Origin: Candidatus Buchananbacteria bacterium CG10_big_fil_rev_8_21_14_0_10_33_19
GTDB lineage: Bacteria; Patescibacteriota; Patescibacteriia; 2-01-FULL-39-33
Length of the DNA: 64,000 nucleotides
Assembly: GCA_002773855.1 (NCBI GenBank)
Contig: PEZY01000012.1
Span: 297,613 to 361,612, forward strand
Direction: 5' to 3'
The position numbers and the translations under genes are program-made. Below are positions 36,774-47,105 of the stretch, piece after piece (position 1 is the first letter of the stretch; every line of letters starts with the position of its first letter). The notes below the pieces were generated by a model. That model was not told where the DNA came from and did not search any database. It saw nothing but the letters and a program-made list of their open reading frames with translations.

Positions 36774-39700
36774 TTACGCTTTATGTTCACAAATACTGTT
36801 AAAGTCACAATAATTACACATCATCCCTGGTTTTGGCGGAAATTCCGCTTGTTTAATACCCTCTATATTTTTTATTAACTTGGCTTTGGTTTTTTCTAGT
36901 TCTTTGGGCGTACCCAGGAAAGAAACTTCTTTATTGTCATCTAAATAATGAAAAACCAATTCTTTGACGGGTTCTTTTAATACCTCTTCTACGGCCATTT
37001 GATAGATTAATAGTTGTTCTTTGTTATCAAAAGTTAATTTATCTTTAGCACTGCCGGTTTTATAGTCTACAATTCTGACTCCCCCATCTACTTTGTCTAT
37101 CCTATCGATCACACCATAAAGAGTAAAATTTTCTAAACCATTTTGAATATGTAAATTAAATGGATATTCTAAATACATAGTTTTGGGCCAATTGTCTTTA
37201 TTTTGTTCATAAAACTGTTTTAGAGATTTTTCACCTTTGATCCGGTATTTTTCTTTGGTGTCTCTGTCTGGAAACCAATCATCAATAAAAGATTCTTTAT
37301 AAATTTTGGCCATATCCTCCCAGTCGACATCTTTTTTGTCATGACTAGGTATTAATTCTAATTGACTAGGATTAATTCTTTTACTAACTAGTTCTAAAGT
37401 TTTTTGTAGACTGTTATGCATAGTGCGACCAAAAGAAAACTGTGGTTTACCTGGAGTCGGCACTTTTAAAATAAATGAAAACCGATACTGATAAGGACAA
37501 GTTTCAAAAGCTTTTAGTCGAGTAAAAGAAAATTTAGCTGGGAGCTTTGGCTTGATTTCTTCTTGGTAGTTTTTATTTTTAATGTCTTCTGATTCAATTG
37601 AGGTTTTAACCGTTTCCGATAAGGTTAAACCAATTGGTTTAAGTTCTTGGATAAATCTAGATATTTTTTTGGCTCTAGCCCCACCATAGTTCTCAGCCGA
37701 TGAAAAATATAAATTACTTTTGGCTCTAGTCATCGCCACATAAAATAGGCGTCGCTCTTCCTGAAGATGAATATCGCACTCTGGCACAATCTCTTTAATT
37801 AATTTGTCTGGCAAGCTAATGGCTTCGCCTTTGGCGGTAGTGGGAAATCTTTTGTCTACCATATTAGGTAAAAAGACGCATTCAAATTCCAAACCCTTGC
37901 TGGCATGAACGGTCATAATTTTTACCGTGTCAGGATCATCAGATTCGGTAGTTGATTTTAAGCTACCCTCTTCACCAGACTCTAATTCTAATTCTATTAA
38001 GTTCAAAAAACTTTTTACTGATTTATCACTGCTTTCTTTTTCAAAGTCTTGAATTTTTTTGAAGAATTGATTTAAATAGGCTAACTCCTCTAGATTTTTA
38101 GTAGAGTCTATAGTAGTTAAAGATTTAAGATAGCCAGATTTATCCATAAAGCCCTGAATGATTTCGGTAGTGCGTTTACCACTGGCGGCTATTTCTGAAA
38201 AATGATTGATTAATTTCATAATACTGGTAACTTTTTGTTGAGTGTCACCACTTATAACTTTTAATTCACCAGCTTGGCGTAGAGATTCATAAAGTGATAC
38301 ACCTTTGCGTCCGGCCCAATAGTTAAAATTCATTATTTCTTTGTGTGGTATATTCCAAAGTGGCATCGAAATAAAGCGGTACATAGCGACACTTTCGTGA
38401 TAACTATCTAGGAGTTTTAGGAAAGCTAGAATATTTAAAATAATATTTTTGGCATAAAGTCCTTTGGAAGCTAAGAAGTTATAAGGCACTTTGGCTTGCT
38501 CTAGGGCGTAGATAAATTCATTAGCACTAGAATTAGCTCTAATTAGAATAGCAAAATCAGACCATTTTAGATTTTCATTTTTATTATAAATATCAATTAT
38601 TTTATCAACTACCAATTTCACTTCGTCTTCTAAATTTTGACCATGAAGATGTTCTATTACTCCCTTTTGAGAATTATTAGCTAAAAGTTTTTTGGATAAT
38701 TTATTCTTTTTTTGATTGCCTTCGGCTAATTTTATCTCTAGACGGTATGGATTATTTAATTGAATGAATTGATAAGTTAAATCCAAAATATTTTGAGCGC
38801 TACGATAGTTGGTATTTAAAAATACTTCTTTAGCACTAGTATAGTCACTTTTAAATTGTAAGATGTTAGAGATAGAAGCACCCCGAAATTTATAAATCGC
38901 CTGATCGTCATCACCGACTACCGTGACATTGTTTTTGGGACTAGCCAGTAATTTAATTAATTCGTATTGAGCATAATTAGTATCTTGAAATTCATCAACT
39001 AAAATATATTTAAATTTAGCTCGATATTTAGCTAAAACATTTTTACGCTCGATAAAGAGTTTAAGTAAATAACTAATTAAATCGCCAAAATCCAAAGCAT
39101 TATTATCTAGTAGTAGTTGCTGATAGGTTTTGTAAGCTTTAGCTGTTTCTTCTAATTTTTTTAGTTCTTGGGCAATGGCTTGGTTTAATTCCTCGGCTTC
39201 TAATTCCTCCATAGCTTCTGGTTCCAGTAATTCGGCTGCTAATTTTATTTGGTCGTTGATAGTTAAAACGCTATCAACATATTTTTGATAATCTTCTGAA
39301 GTAATATTTTCGTCTTTGGCTCGAGAAAAATGTCTGAGTAAGTTATGAATGTATTTAGTAGGATTGCCTAATGGTTTGTAATAATCAATATCAAATTTAG
39401 ATAAATTGTTTTTTAACAGCATCCACTGACCAGTAGTTGAGAGTAATTTAAAATCAGTTGGCAAGCCAATTTCTAAACCATTTTCTTTTAAAATTCTTTC
39501 AGCAAAAGAATGGAAAGTAGAAATCCATAAATCAACATAACCATAGGGTAGTAGTTTATCAACTCGTTCTTCCATTTCACCAGCGGCCCTGTCAGTAAAA
39601 GTGAGGGCTAGTATTTCCTCTGGCTGACATTTGCCTTGTTCAATTAAATAAGCAATGCGACTGGTAATCACTGTAGTTTTACCGGTACCAGCTCCAGCTA

Positions 39701-39776
39701 CGATTAAAAGTGGCCCTTTATCATGGGTTACGGCCGCTACTTGTTGGTCATTTAAATTTTTAAGTAAATCTGACAT
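36774..39776 (-). CDS. UvrD/PcrA-family ATP-dependent DNA helicase fused to a C-terminal PD-(D/E)XK nuclease domain with a 4-Cys cluster (AddA/Cas4-like)
   Basis: Walker A GAGTGKT; helicase motifs; C-terminal ...FETCPYQYRF...MMCNYCDFNSICEH. Confidence 0.8.
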   Translation of the reverse strand: MSDLLKNLNDQQVAAVTHDKGPLLIVAGAGTGKTTVITSRIAYLIEQGKCQPEEILALTFTDRAAGEMEERVDKLLPYGYVDLWISTFHSFAERILKENGLEIGLPTDFKLLSTTGQWMLLKNNLSKFDIDYYKPLGNPTKYIHNLLRHFSRAKDENITSEDYQKYVDSVLTINDQIKLAAELLEPEAMEELEAEELNQAIAQELKKLEETAKAYKTYQQLLLDNNALDFGDLISYLLKLFIERKNVLAKYRAKFKYILVDEFQDTNYAQYELIKLLASPKNNVTVVGDDDQAIYKFRGASISNILQFKSDYTSAKEVFLNTNYRSAQNILDLTYQFIQLNNPYRLEIKLAEGNQKKNKLSKKLLANNSQKGVIEHLHGQNLEDEVKLVVDKIIDIYNKNENLKWSDFAILIRANSSANEFIYALEQAKVPYNFLASKGLYAKNIILNILAFLKLLDSYHESVAMYRFISMPLWNIPHKEIMNFNYWAGRKGVSLYESLRQAGELKVISGDTQQKVTSIMKLINHFSEIAASGKRTTEIIQGFMDKSGYLKSLTTIDSTKNLEELAYLNQFFKKIQDFEKESSDKSVKSFLNLIELELESGEEGSLKSTTESDDPDTVKIMTVHASKGLEFECVFLPNMVDKRFPTTAKGEAISLPDKLIKEIVPECDIHLQEERRLFYVAMTRAKSNLYFSSAENYGGARAKKISRFIQELKPIGLTLSETVKTSIESEDIKNKNYQEEIKPKLPAKFSFTRLKAFETCPYQYRFSFILKVPTPGKPQFSFGRTMHNSLQKTLELVSKRINPSQLELIPSHDKKDVDWEDMAKIYKESFIDDWFPDRDTKEKYRIKGEKSLKQFYEQNKDNWPKTMYLEYPFNLHIQNGLENFTLYGVIDRIDKVDGGVRIVDYKTGSAKDKLTFDNKEQLLIYQMAVEEVLKEPVKELVFHYLDDNKEVSFLGTPKELEKTKAKLIKNIEGIKQAEFPPKPGMMCNYCDFNSICEHKA

Positions 39777-39856
39777 AGATAATTAATAAGTAATATATAA
39801 ACTAGAATACAATAAAAAACTGGCCTTGACCAATTTTTATTATAGCTTGATAATTT

Positions 39857-40630
39857 TTAATTTATTTTAACTTCTGTGCCAACACTGGTCCAATTATACA
39901 ATCTTTCCATATTTTCATAGGCCACATTGACACAACCATGGCTCATGGGTTGGCCAAAATTATTATGCCAATAAGCGCCGTGGATGTAATAGCGATAACC
40001 ATTAAGATTGGTAAAATGCATATTCCATTTGGTATCTGGATAATAATAATTGTAACCGGTACCACCATAATTTTTGGCTGGTACTTTAGCTAAAATTGTA
40101 AAATTACCGGTAGGCGTTGGTAATACCGACACACCACTAGAAATTGGAAATGATTCTAAAATCTGACCATCGAATAGATAGGTTAAATTTTGGGTTTTTA
40201 AATCAACCTTAATTAGTTTTGTAGATTTGGCACCAGAATTTTTAAGTGGATTAAAGCTGGTTTTGACTTCCATACCGTCTGGATAGGAATCAGCATCGGT
40301 ATCACCATTAAATAAATCAGTTTTAATTGCCAACTCCCATTTGTCGTTTAAGCCGTCGTTATCAGAATCGACATCGGCTAACTTACGACCATTGGCATGT
40401 CGAGGTGAATAACCATTTACTATTTCTTTTTTGTCATTATAACCATCACCATCAGTATCATAGTAATTGGCGTCGGTATGATAAACATACATTTCATCAT
40501 GATCAGAAACGCCATCGCCATCGGTATCAATTATATTATCAACGCCGTAAGCTACCGAATATAATGATAAAAATAAAATAAAACACAAAAAATAAAATAG
40601 TAGTTTTTTCATACTACTATTATACCACAT
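39857..40630 (-). CDS. L,D-transpeptidase (YkuD domain) with N-terminal thrombospondin type-3-like Ca-binding repeats
   Basis: Catalytic HG...SHGCVN motif; repeated DTDGDGxxDxxE; signal peptide. Confidence 0.8.
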   Translation of the reverse strand: MWYNSSMKKLLFYFLCFILFLSLYSVAYGVDNIIDTDGDGVSDHDEMYVYHTDANYYDTDGDGYNDKKEIVNGYSPRHANGRKLADVDSDNDGLNDKWELAIKTDLFNGDTDADSYPDGMEVKTSFNPLKNSGAKSTKLIKVDLKTQNLTYLFDGQILESFPISSGVSVLPTPTGNFTILAKVPAKNYGGTGYNYYYPDTKWNMHFTNLNGYRYYIHGAYWHNNFGQPMSHGCVNVAYENMERLYNWTSVGTEVKIN

Positions 40631-40635
40631 CTTTT

Positions 40636-41637
40636 TTACTTAATAGCTAATTGCCCACAGGCAGCATCGATATCGCGACCAAAAGTATAGCGTTGGGTAA
40701 CTGTGATGCCATTTCTCAACAAAATATTTTTAAACTTTTTAATAGTATATTCCGGTGATGGTTTATTGCCACCTACCGGATTACAAGGAATTAAATTAAC
40801 CACCACTAACTTACCTTTTAAGAGTTCAGCTAGTTCGGTAGCGGCTTCTATTGAATCATTAGAATCTTTAATTAATAGATATTCAATCATTACTTGTCGG
40901 CCAGTTTTTTCGATATAACTATCCATAGTCGATATAATCTTGTCAATTTTATATTTACGACTAATCGGCATTAATTTTAGACGCATTTTGTCGTTGGGAG
41001 CGTGTAGTGATATAGCTAAATTTACTTGGATACCTTCTAAAGCTAGCTTTTTAATGCCTTCAGTGATACCAGAGGTGGAAATAGATATTTTCCGAGCCCC
41101 GATATTAAAAGTTTCTTCACTATTTAAAATTCGCACGGCGGCTAAAACATTGTCATAATTTAGCATGGGTTCACCCATACCCATAAAAACAATATTAGTT
41201 ACTCGGTCTTCTGGTGAATAAGTTTTTCTGATGTATCTGGAGAAGAATATAACTTGCTCGATAATTTCATTGGTCTTTAAGTTTCGTTTATAGCCCATTT
41301 CACCAGTGGCACAAAAAGTACAACCCAAGGCACAGCCAACTTGTGAAGAAACACAAACAGTATACCGACCATCTTTATGCATCATTAACACAGTTTCAAT
41401 TTTCTGATTGTCTAATAAGGTGATTATGGCTTTGAGAGTTTTTTTGTCTCCGGTCTTTTTAATTTCACCATTAATTTCTAGCGGACACTCTTGATTTAAC
41501 TTTTGTCTTAAATCTTTAGACAAGGTAGTGGCCTGATCCCAATTATCAATTAAGTCACCATAGATGGACTTTTGGATTTGCTTGTATCTAAAAGCTGGTT
41601 GACCGACTAAGACTTCACTTATTTTTTCGATATTCAT
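40636..41637 (-). CDS. rlmN: 23S rRNA (adenine2503-C2)-methyltransferase, radical SAM
   Basis: CVSSQVGCALGCTFCATG radical-SAM motif characteristic of RlmN/Cfr. Confidence 0.9.
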   Translation of the reverse strand: MNIEKISEVLVGQPAFRYKQIQKSIYGDLIDNWDQATTLSKDLRQKLNQECPLEINGEIKKTGDKKTLKAIITLLDNQKIETVLMMHKDGRYTVCVSSQVGCALGCTFCATGEMGYKRNLKTNEIIEQVIFFSRYIRKTYSPEDRVTNIVFMGMGEPMLNYDNVLAAVRILNSEETFNIGARKISISTSGITEGIKKLALEGIQVNLAISLHAPNDKMRLKLMPISRKYKIDKIISTMDSYIEKTGRQVMIEYLLIKDSNDSIEAATELAELLKGKLVVVNLIPCNPVGGNKPSPEYTIKKFKNILLRNGITVTQRYTFGRDIDAACGQLAIK

Positions 41638-42408
41638 TTATTTATTGTAAACACTATGTAAAATAATAGCTGCAGCTGAGGCTACATTTAAAGATTCTAT
41701 ATCTGGACTAATATTTATTTTTATAAATTTATCAGCTATTTTTTCTATGTTTTTATCCACTCCCCGACTTTCATCACCCAAAACTAAACAAAAGTTTTTT
41801 AATTTATTTAAATCATTAATGTTGTCGGCTTTATTCATTATAGTTGAAACAATCGGTAATTGGCCTTTCATTTTATTTAAGAGAGTAAAATTCTTATCAT
41901 AATTAATATTTATTTTAAAAATTGTATCTTTGGCCGCAGCAATAGTTTTAAAGTTGTAAACATCAACACAAGTCTCATCTAAAATTATGTCTTTAAAGCC
42001 AAAAGCAACAGCTGATCGGAAAATGGTGCCAAGATTACCAGGATCGCCAATACTATTAAGATATAAAATTGATTGATCATAACTAATTGGCTTAAGAGTT
42101 GGTTTTTTGTAAACCGCACAGATACCCGCTGGATGATCTAAATTAGAAAAAGACTTGTTTATCTTTAAATTAATTTCAAACCAATCTGATAAGTTGCTTT
42201 GATTAGCTATAGCTGTTACAACTTCTCTGTTTTTAATTAAAAACTCATCACTGACAAATAGACTAATTGGCTTATAACCAGCTGCTAGCGCATCTTGAAT
42301 TATTACCAAGTTTTCAACCAAAAACTCCCCAAATTCTTCTCGGTATTTTTTGAGTTGTAATTTTTTTAAATGTTTAATTTTGGCGTTATCGTCACTGGAT
42401 ATAATCAT
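41638..42408 (-). CDS. SpoU/TrmH-family RNA 2'-O-methyltransferase
   Basis: SPOUT C-terminal motifs (GNLGTIFRSA, VLGDESRG). Confidence 0.75.
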   Translation of the reverse strand: MIISSDDNAKIKHLKKLQLKKYREEFGEFLVENLVIIQDALAAGYKPISLFVSDEFLIKNREVVTAIANQSNLSDWFEINLKINKSFSNLDHPAGICAVYKKPTLKPISYDQSILYLNSIGDPGNLGTIFRSAVAFGFKDIILDETCVDVYNFKTIAAAKDTIFKININYDKNFTLLNKMKGQLPIVSTIMNKADNINDLNKLKNFCLVLGDESRGVDKNIEKIADKFIKINISPDIESLNVASAAAIILHSVYNK

Positions 42409-42409
42409 A

Positions 42410-42871
42410 TTATTTTATAGCTTTGGCAAATTTTTTTAAGGCAGTTATTTGATTTTTATGTAAATGAATTTCTGGTCGCTTCTTTTTGATTAATTTAAAA
42501 CTATCTTCAAATGATTTACCACTATAAATAAAATAAGCTATGGCCATACTAGGCGCTCGGCCATGACCGTTTCTGCAGTGAATATAAATTTTAGTTTTAG
42601 ATTTTATTATTGAATCAATAAATTGAGAGCCGATTAGTAGTTGATTTTGAGTTGGTGCAGCGCCGTCTTTAGTGGGGAGCCAGAGAAAATAATCAACACC
42701 CCAGGCTTGGTCTATTCTTTCCTTTTCCATACTTAAATCAGCTTTAACACCTTTTTTTAATAATTTTTGATCAAAATGAACTTGGCAACAAGCATTGGTG
42801 CCAATATAAATATAGCCAGTAATTTTACTGAAATTCATAACTGGTCCGTGGGGCATGGATTTTAATGACAT
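42410..42871 (-). CDS. dual-specificity / tyrosine protein phosphatase
   Basis: CX5R active-site loop HCRNGHGRA. Confidence 0.75.
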   Translation of the reverse strand: MSLKSMPHGPVMNFSKITGYIYIGTNACCQVHFDQKLLKKGVKADLSMEKERIDQAWGVDYFLWLPTKDGAAPTQNQLLIGSQFIDSIIKSKTKIYIHCRNGHGRAPSMAIAYFIYSGKSFEDSFKLIKKKRPEIHLHKNQITALKKFAKAIK

Positions 42872-42882
42872 AAATTTATAAG

Positions 42883-44004
42883 TTATTTAATGGCTTGGGC
42901 AACGCTAATAGCCACATTTTTATCTAAAACTGACGGCACAATTTCTTCTTCAGTTGGATTAGTCACGTAATCAGCAATGGCTTGGGCGGCTTTTAATTTC
43001 ATTTCAGTTGTGATTTTTTTAATGTTATTGTCTAAAGTTCCCCTAAACATACCTGGGAAAACTAAAACGTTATTAATTTGATTTGGAAAATCACTGCGAC
43101 CAGTAGCCATTATTTTGACGCCGGCACTTTTGGCTAAATCTGGCATTATCTCTGGGTCGGGGTTAGCCATCGCAAAAACAATAGGATCAGTATTCATAGA
43201 TTTAATCATATCGGCTGTTAGGATATTGCCTTTGGACACACCAATAAAGACATCAGCTTTCACTATTGCTGTAGTTAAATCACCACACAGATCTATAGTA
43301 TGCTCGGCCATTTCTTGTTTACTACTATTTAAATCGTTGCGAGATTTACATATAGTTCCCTGGGTATCTAAAATTGTAAATTTTTTTAAACCAGCGGCCA
43401 TTAGTAATTTAGTGATAGCCATGCCAGCTGCACCAGCCCCATTTATTACTACATAAATATCCTCGATTTTTTTATTGGTAATTTTAAGAGCGTTAATTAA
43501 TCCGGCTAACACCACAATGGCAGTGCCATGCTGGTCATCATGAAAAACTGGAATATCTAATTCAGTTATTAATCTTTGTTCTATTTCAAAGCATCTGGGT
43601 GCAGAAATGTCTTCTAGATTAATACCAGAAAAGCTTGGGGCAATCATTTTTACAGTTTTGATTATTTCTTCAGTGTCTTGAGTGGCCAAGCAAATTGGAT
43701 AGGCGTCAATATTCCCAAATTCTTTAAACAATATAGCCTTCCCTTCCATCACTGGCATCGCCGCTTCTGGGCCAATATTACCCAAGCCTAAAACAGCACT
43801 ACCATCAGTAATAATAGCGATACTATTACCAACATTAGTATATTTTTTAACTAATAATTTATCTTCATAAATAGCACGGCTAACATCAGCTACACCAGGC
43901 GTATAGGCCAAACTTAAGTCATCTTTAGTGTTTAAGTAAACTTTGGATTTTATTTCAATTTTACCATGATTTTTTTCGTGCAGGTCTAAAGCCTTTTGAT
44001 TCAT
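42883..44004 (-). CDS. NAD(P)-dependent malic enzyme (short form)
   Basis: Malic enzyme N-terminal and NAD-binding domains (GAGAAG). Confidence 0.85.
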   Translation of the reverse strand: MNQKALDLHEKNHGKIEIKSKVYLNTKDDLSLAYTPGVADVSRAIYEDKLLVKKYTNVGNSIAIITDGSAVLGLGNIGPEAAMPVMEGKAILFKEFGNIDAYPICLATQDTEEIIKTVKMIAPSFSGINLEDISAPRCFEIEQRLITELDIPVFHDDQHGTAIVVLAGLINALKITNKKIEDIYVVINGAGAAGMAITKLLMAAGLKKFTILDTQGTICKSRNDLNSSKQEMAEHTIDLCGDLTTAIVKADVFIGVSKGNILTADMIKSMNTDPIVFAMANPDPEIMPDLAKSAGVKIMATGRSDFPNQINNVLVFPGMFRGTLDNNIKKITTEMKLKAAQAIADYVTNPTEEEIVPSVLDKNVAISVAQAIK

Positions 44005-44085
44005 AATTTATATGTAAAAAATATTTTAACTTATAACTAATTATACCACATCTAAAACTATAAAATTAGTCGGAGCGCCCTAATA

Positions 44086-44113
44086 AAAAACTTCCTCGTT
44101 ACTTGAGGAAGTT
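44086..44113. terminator. Bidirectional terminator
   Basis: aacttcctc-gttact-tgaggaagtt with flanking A and T runs. Confidence 0.6.
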
Positions 44114-44120
44114 GATTTTG

Positions 44121-44363
44121 CTACTCACAGATCTTTCGGTAGTCTTTGGGAACTTTATCCCAAGCCGGCATAAATATCGAGAGGATTATATATATAGCTA
44201 CGAAGGCACTAGCATGTGGTATGCCCCATAAAGTAATTACAACCCATAATAATCTAATAATCCAAGTGGGAGCACCTAGACAATAGGCTATACCAGCACA
44301 GACACCACTGATCCATTCAAATTCAGGACAACTGACTCTTTTGAGTTTTCTTGTCATGGCCAT
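44121..44363 (-). CDS. PspC-domain protein
   Basis: GVCAGIAYCLG...TWIIRLLWVV PspC motif. Confidence 0.7.
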   Translation of the reverse strand: MAMTRKLKRVSCPEFEWISGVCAGIAYCLGAPTWIIRLLWVVITLWGIPHASAFVAIYIILSIFMPAWDKVPKDYRKICE

Positions 44364-44415
44364 GTTTTATGCCTTTCTTTTTGGAGATCAATTGAAGTTT
44401 ATATTAGCAAAATTT

Positions 44416-44673
44416 CTATTCACAGATTTTTACATAATCTTCTGGTGTTTCTTCCCAGACCGGAGAAAATATAAAAAAGACAGTATAGGCAATAACTCCA
44501 ATTTCCAAATCAGGGGTACAGAGTATAGTCGCTACGATCCACATAATTCTCATTATCCAAGTTCGTATGCCAAAACAATAAGCCATACCAGCACAAACAC
44601 CACCAATACGTCGATACTTATAGCTATATATTCGTTTAAAGTCTCGGTCAAGCATTAGCCTCTCCTTAATCAA
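44416..44673 (-). CDS. PspC-domain protein (tandem paralog)
   Basis: GVCAGMAYCFG...; shares the C-terminal DY.KICE with its neighbour. Confidence 0.7.
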   Translation of the reverse strand: MIKERLMLDRDFKRIYSYKYRRIGGVCAGMAYCFGIRTWIMRIMWIVATILCTPDLEIGVIAYTVFFIFSPVWEETPEDYVKICE

Positions 44674-44983
44674 GTTTTAGCCATAGTTGATTGGGATTGT
44701 CAGTGGGTTTGCTATCATTTTTTAAATCATCTAAGCTACGAAGACCTAGGGCAAACCAACAGCCCTGAATAAAGCCTAGCCAACGGAATGATTTCTCTAA
44801 ACGATTTTCCGCTAGTAGACCGTCAATTTCATAAGATAGATAATGAATATGTCCAAGTATTGTTTGGCGATCTATAATACGTCGATCATAAGTGTCACAT
44901 TTGGCTATAGGTGCTCCAAGTAAAAACAAAAATTTTTGGTATTTACTCATCATTTCTTTGACTTTTTCTGCTGTCATACTCAC
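44666..44983 (-). CDS. hypothetical protein
   Basis: ORF only. Confidence 0.4.
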   Translation of the reverse strand: MSMTAEKVKEMMSKYQKFLFLLGAPIAKCDTYDRRIIDRQTILGHIHYLSYEIDGLLAENRLEKSFRWLGFIQGCWFALGLRSLDDLKNDSKPTDNPNQLWLKLD

Positions 44984-45085
44984 CTCTTTGACGTAAGTTA
45001 AATGCCAATTTATGTAAAATGTTCTAAGCTTAAACTAGCATATTAAAGCATTTTAATCAATACTTGTAAATTAACCTTAATATTG

Positions 45086-45114
45086 TTGACATTTTATATC
45101 AAAAATGCTATACT
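45086..45114 (+). promoter_or_regulatory. sigma70-like promoter upstream of typA
   Basis: TTGACA-N17-TATACT. Confidence 0.5.
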
Positions 45115-45196
45115 TATAGAGCATAAAAATAAATTTACCTAGTAATTTTATTTCCGTCTTTTTTAAAGAAGCGGCTTTATTTTTTATATCACAATT

Positions 45197-46987
45197 ATGA
45201 CTATTAGAAACTTAGCAATTATTGCTCACGTTGATCACGGTAAGACTGCCTTGACCGATGCTTTGATGCGTCAAACTGGGATGTCTACTTCGGCTACCAG
45301 TATGGATAGTAACGATTTAGAAAAAGAAAGAGGTATTACTATTTACGCTAAAAATACTTCGGTTTATTACAAAGACACTAAAATAAATATCGTGGATACT
45401 CCAGGCCATGCTGATTTTGGTTCTGAAGTAGAACGGGTTTTGCGATCTATTGATTGTGTGATTTTAGTAGTTGATGCTCAAGAAGGTCCTATGCCTCAAA
45501 CTAAATTTGTACTTAAAAAATCTTTAGAATTAGGTTTAAAGCCGATTGTCGTCATTAACAAAATCGACAAAGCCGCTGCTCGACCAGAAGAAGTTCATGA
45601 AATGGTTTATGAATTATTTTTGGACTTGGGAGCTAATGATGAGCAATTAGACTTTACGACTTTATACGCCATTGCCCGTGATGGGATTGCTAAAAGAAAA
45701 TTAGCAGATGAATCTGATAGTTTAACCCCGTTACTTGATACTATTTTAGAAATAGTGCCTCCAGCTTCTAGTGTCGAAGCTATTGCTAAACCACTTTTAT
45801 TGCAACCGTTTAATTTAGCCTATGATAATTTTCTAGGTAGATTGGCCATTGGAAGAATTTATGAAGGCACAGTTAGTCAAAGTCAAAGTGTAGTAGTGAA
45901 AACTGCAGCTGGCGAAATTAGAAAAGGTAAAATTACTAAACTCTTTACTTTTGAGGGTCTAACTCGTAAAGAAGTGCCGTCAGCCAGTGCTGGCGATATT
46001 ATTATGGTGGCTGGTTTACCAGATATTTATATCGGCGAAACTATTTGTGAAAATGAAAGCCAAGAAGCTTTGCCAGCTATTAACATTGATGAGCCGACAA
46101 TCTCTTTAAACTTTTTGGTTAATAACTCCCCTTTTGCGGGACGAGAAGGTAAATTTGTGACTAATCGTCAGTTAAAAGAAAGATTAGAAAAGGAATTAGA
46201 ATTAAATGTTGGTTTGAAAATTGATTTTTCGACTACTGAGTATTACAAAGTTTATGGTCGTGGTGAAATGCATATTGCTATTTTATTAGAAAATCTACGA
46301 CGTGAGGATTATGAAGTTCAGATTTCCCAGCCTCATGTTATTATTAAAGAAGTTGATGGCAAAAAATTTGAACCATTTGAAGAAGTGACTATTAATGTGC
46401 CTCAAGAAATGTCTGGGGTAGTTATTGAAAAATTAGCCAAAAGACGTGGGACTATGACCGAAATGAAGCCAGAACATGGCCATTTAAAATTAATGTTTGA
46501 AATTCCAACTCGTGGCTTGTTGGGTTATAAAAACGAATTTGTCGTGGACACACGTGGTGAAGGTATTTTATACACCCAAGTAATTGGTTTTAAACCTTAT
46601 GCTGGTAAAATTGATCGAACTGAACTAGGTTCGATGATATCTATGGCGACCGGTAAAGCTTTAGGTTTCTCTCTCTACAATCTACAGAGTCGCGGTACTT
46701 TATATATTGGCGCTACAACTGAAGTTTATGAAGGTATGGTGATTGGTAACACCGCCAAAGGTGAAGATATGTCTGTTAATCCAATCAAAGGTAAGCAGCT
46801 GAGCAATATGCGATCTTCTGGTGCTGATGAGGCAATTCGTCTAACCCCACCAATGGACTTAACTCTAGAACGTGGTATGAGTGTCATGAATGATGATGAA
46901 TACCTAGAAATTACGCCCAAAAACATTAGACTACGCAAAATGTATTTAACCGAAACCGAAAGAACTAAGCACAAACGAGCTAAATAA
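45197..46987 (+). CDS. typA: translational GTPase TypA/BipA
   Basis: AIIAHVDHGKT and DTPGHADF G-domain motifs; 596 aa. Confidence 0.9.
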   Translation: MTIRNLAIIAHVDHGKTALTDALMRQTGMSTSATSMDSNDLEKERGITIYAKNTSVYYKDTKINIVDTPGHADFGSEVERVLRSIDCVILVVDAQEGPMPQTKFVLKKSLELGLKPIVVINKIDKAAARPEEVHEMVYELFLDLGANDEQLDFTTLYAIARDGIAKRKLADESDSLTPLLDTILEIVPPASSVEAIAKPLLLQPFNLAYDNFLGRLAIGRIYEGTVSQSQSVVVKTAAGEIRKGKITKLFTFEGLTRKEVPSASAGDIIMVAGLPDIYIGETICENESQEALPAINIDEPTISLNFLVNNSPFAGREGKFVTNRQLKERLEKELELNVGLKIDFSTTEYYKVYGRGEMHIAILLENLRREDYEVQISQPHVIIKEVDGKKFEPFEEVTINVPQEMSGVVIEKLAKRRGTMTEMKPEHGHLKLMFEIPTRGLLGYKNEFVVDTRGEGILYTQVIGFKPYAGKIDRTELGSMISMATGKALGFSLYNLQSRGTLYIGATTEVYEGMVIGNTAKGEDMSVNPIKGKQLSNMRSSGADEAIRLTPPMDLTLERGMSVMNDDEYLEITPKNIRLRKMYLTETERTKHKRAK

Positions 46988-46998
46988 ATTTAGCTACT

Positions 46999-47027
46999 AA
47001 AAAACACACCAGAGATGGTGTGTTTTA
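46999..47027 (+). terminator. Rho-independent terminator
   Basis: acacacc-agagat-ggtgtgt followed by tttt. Confidence 0.7.
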
Positions 47028-47031
47028 TATA

Positions 47032-47060
47032 TTGACAAATTATAAATAATGTGTTAATAT
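47032..47060 (+). promoter_or_regulatory. sigma70-like promoter
   Basis: TTGACA-N17-TAATAT; AGGAGG Shine-Dalgarno downstream. Confidence 0.55.
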
Positions 47061-47105
47061 GTATAAAACTTTATTGAACCTTGTAAAAGCCAACAGGAGG
47101 ACATC

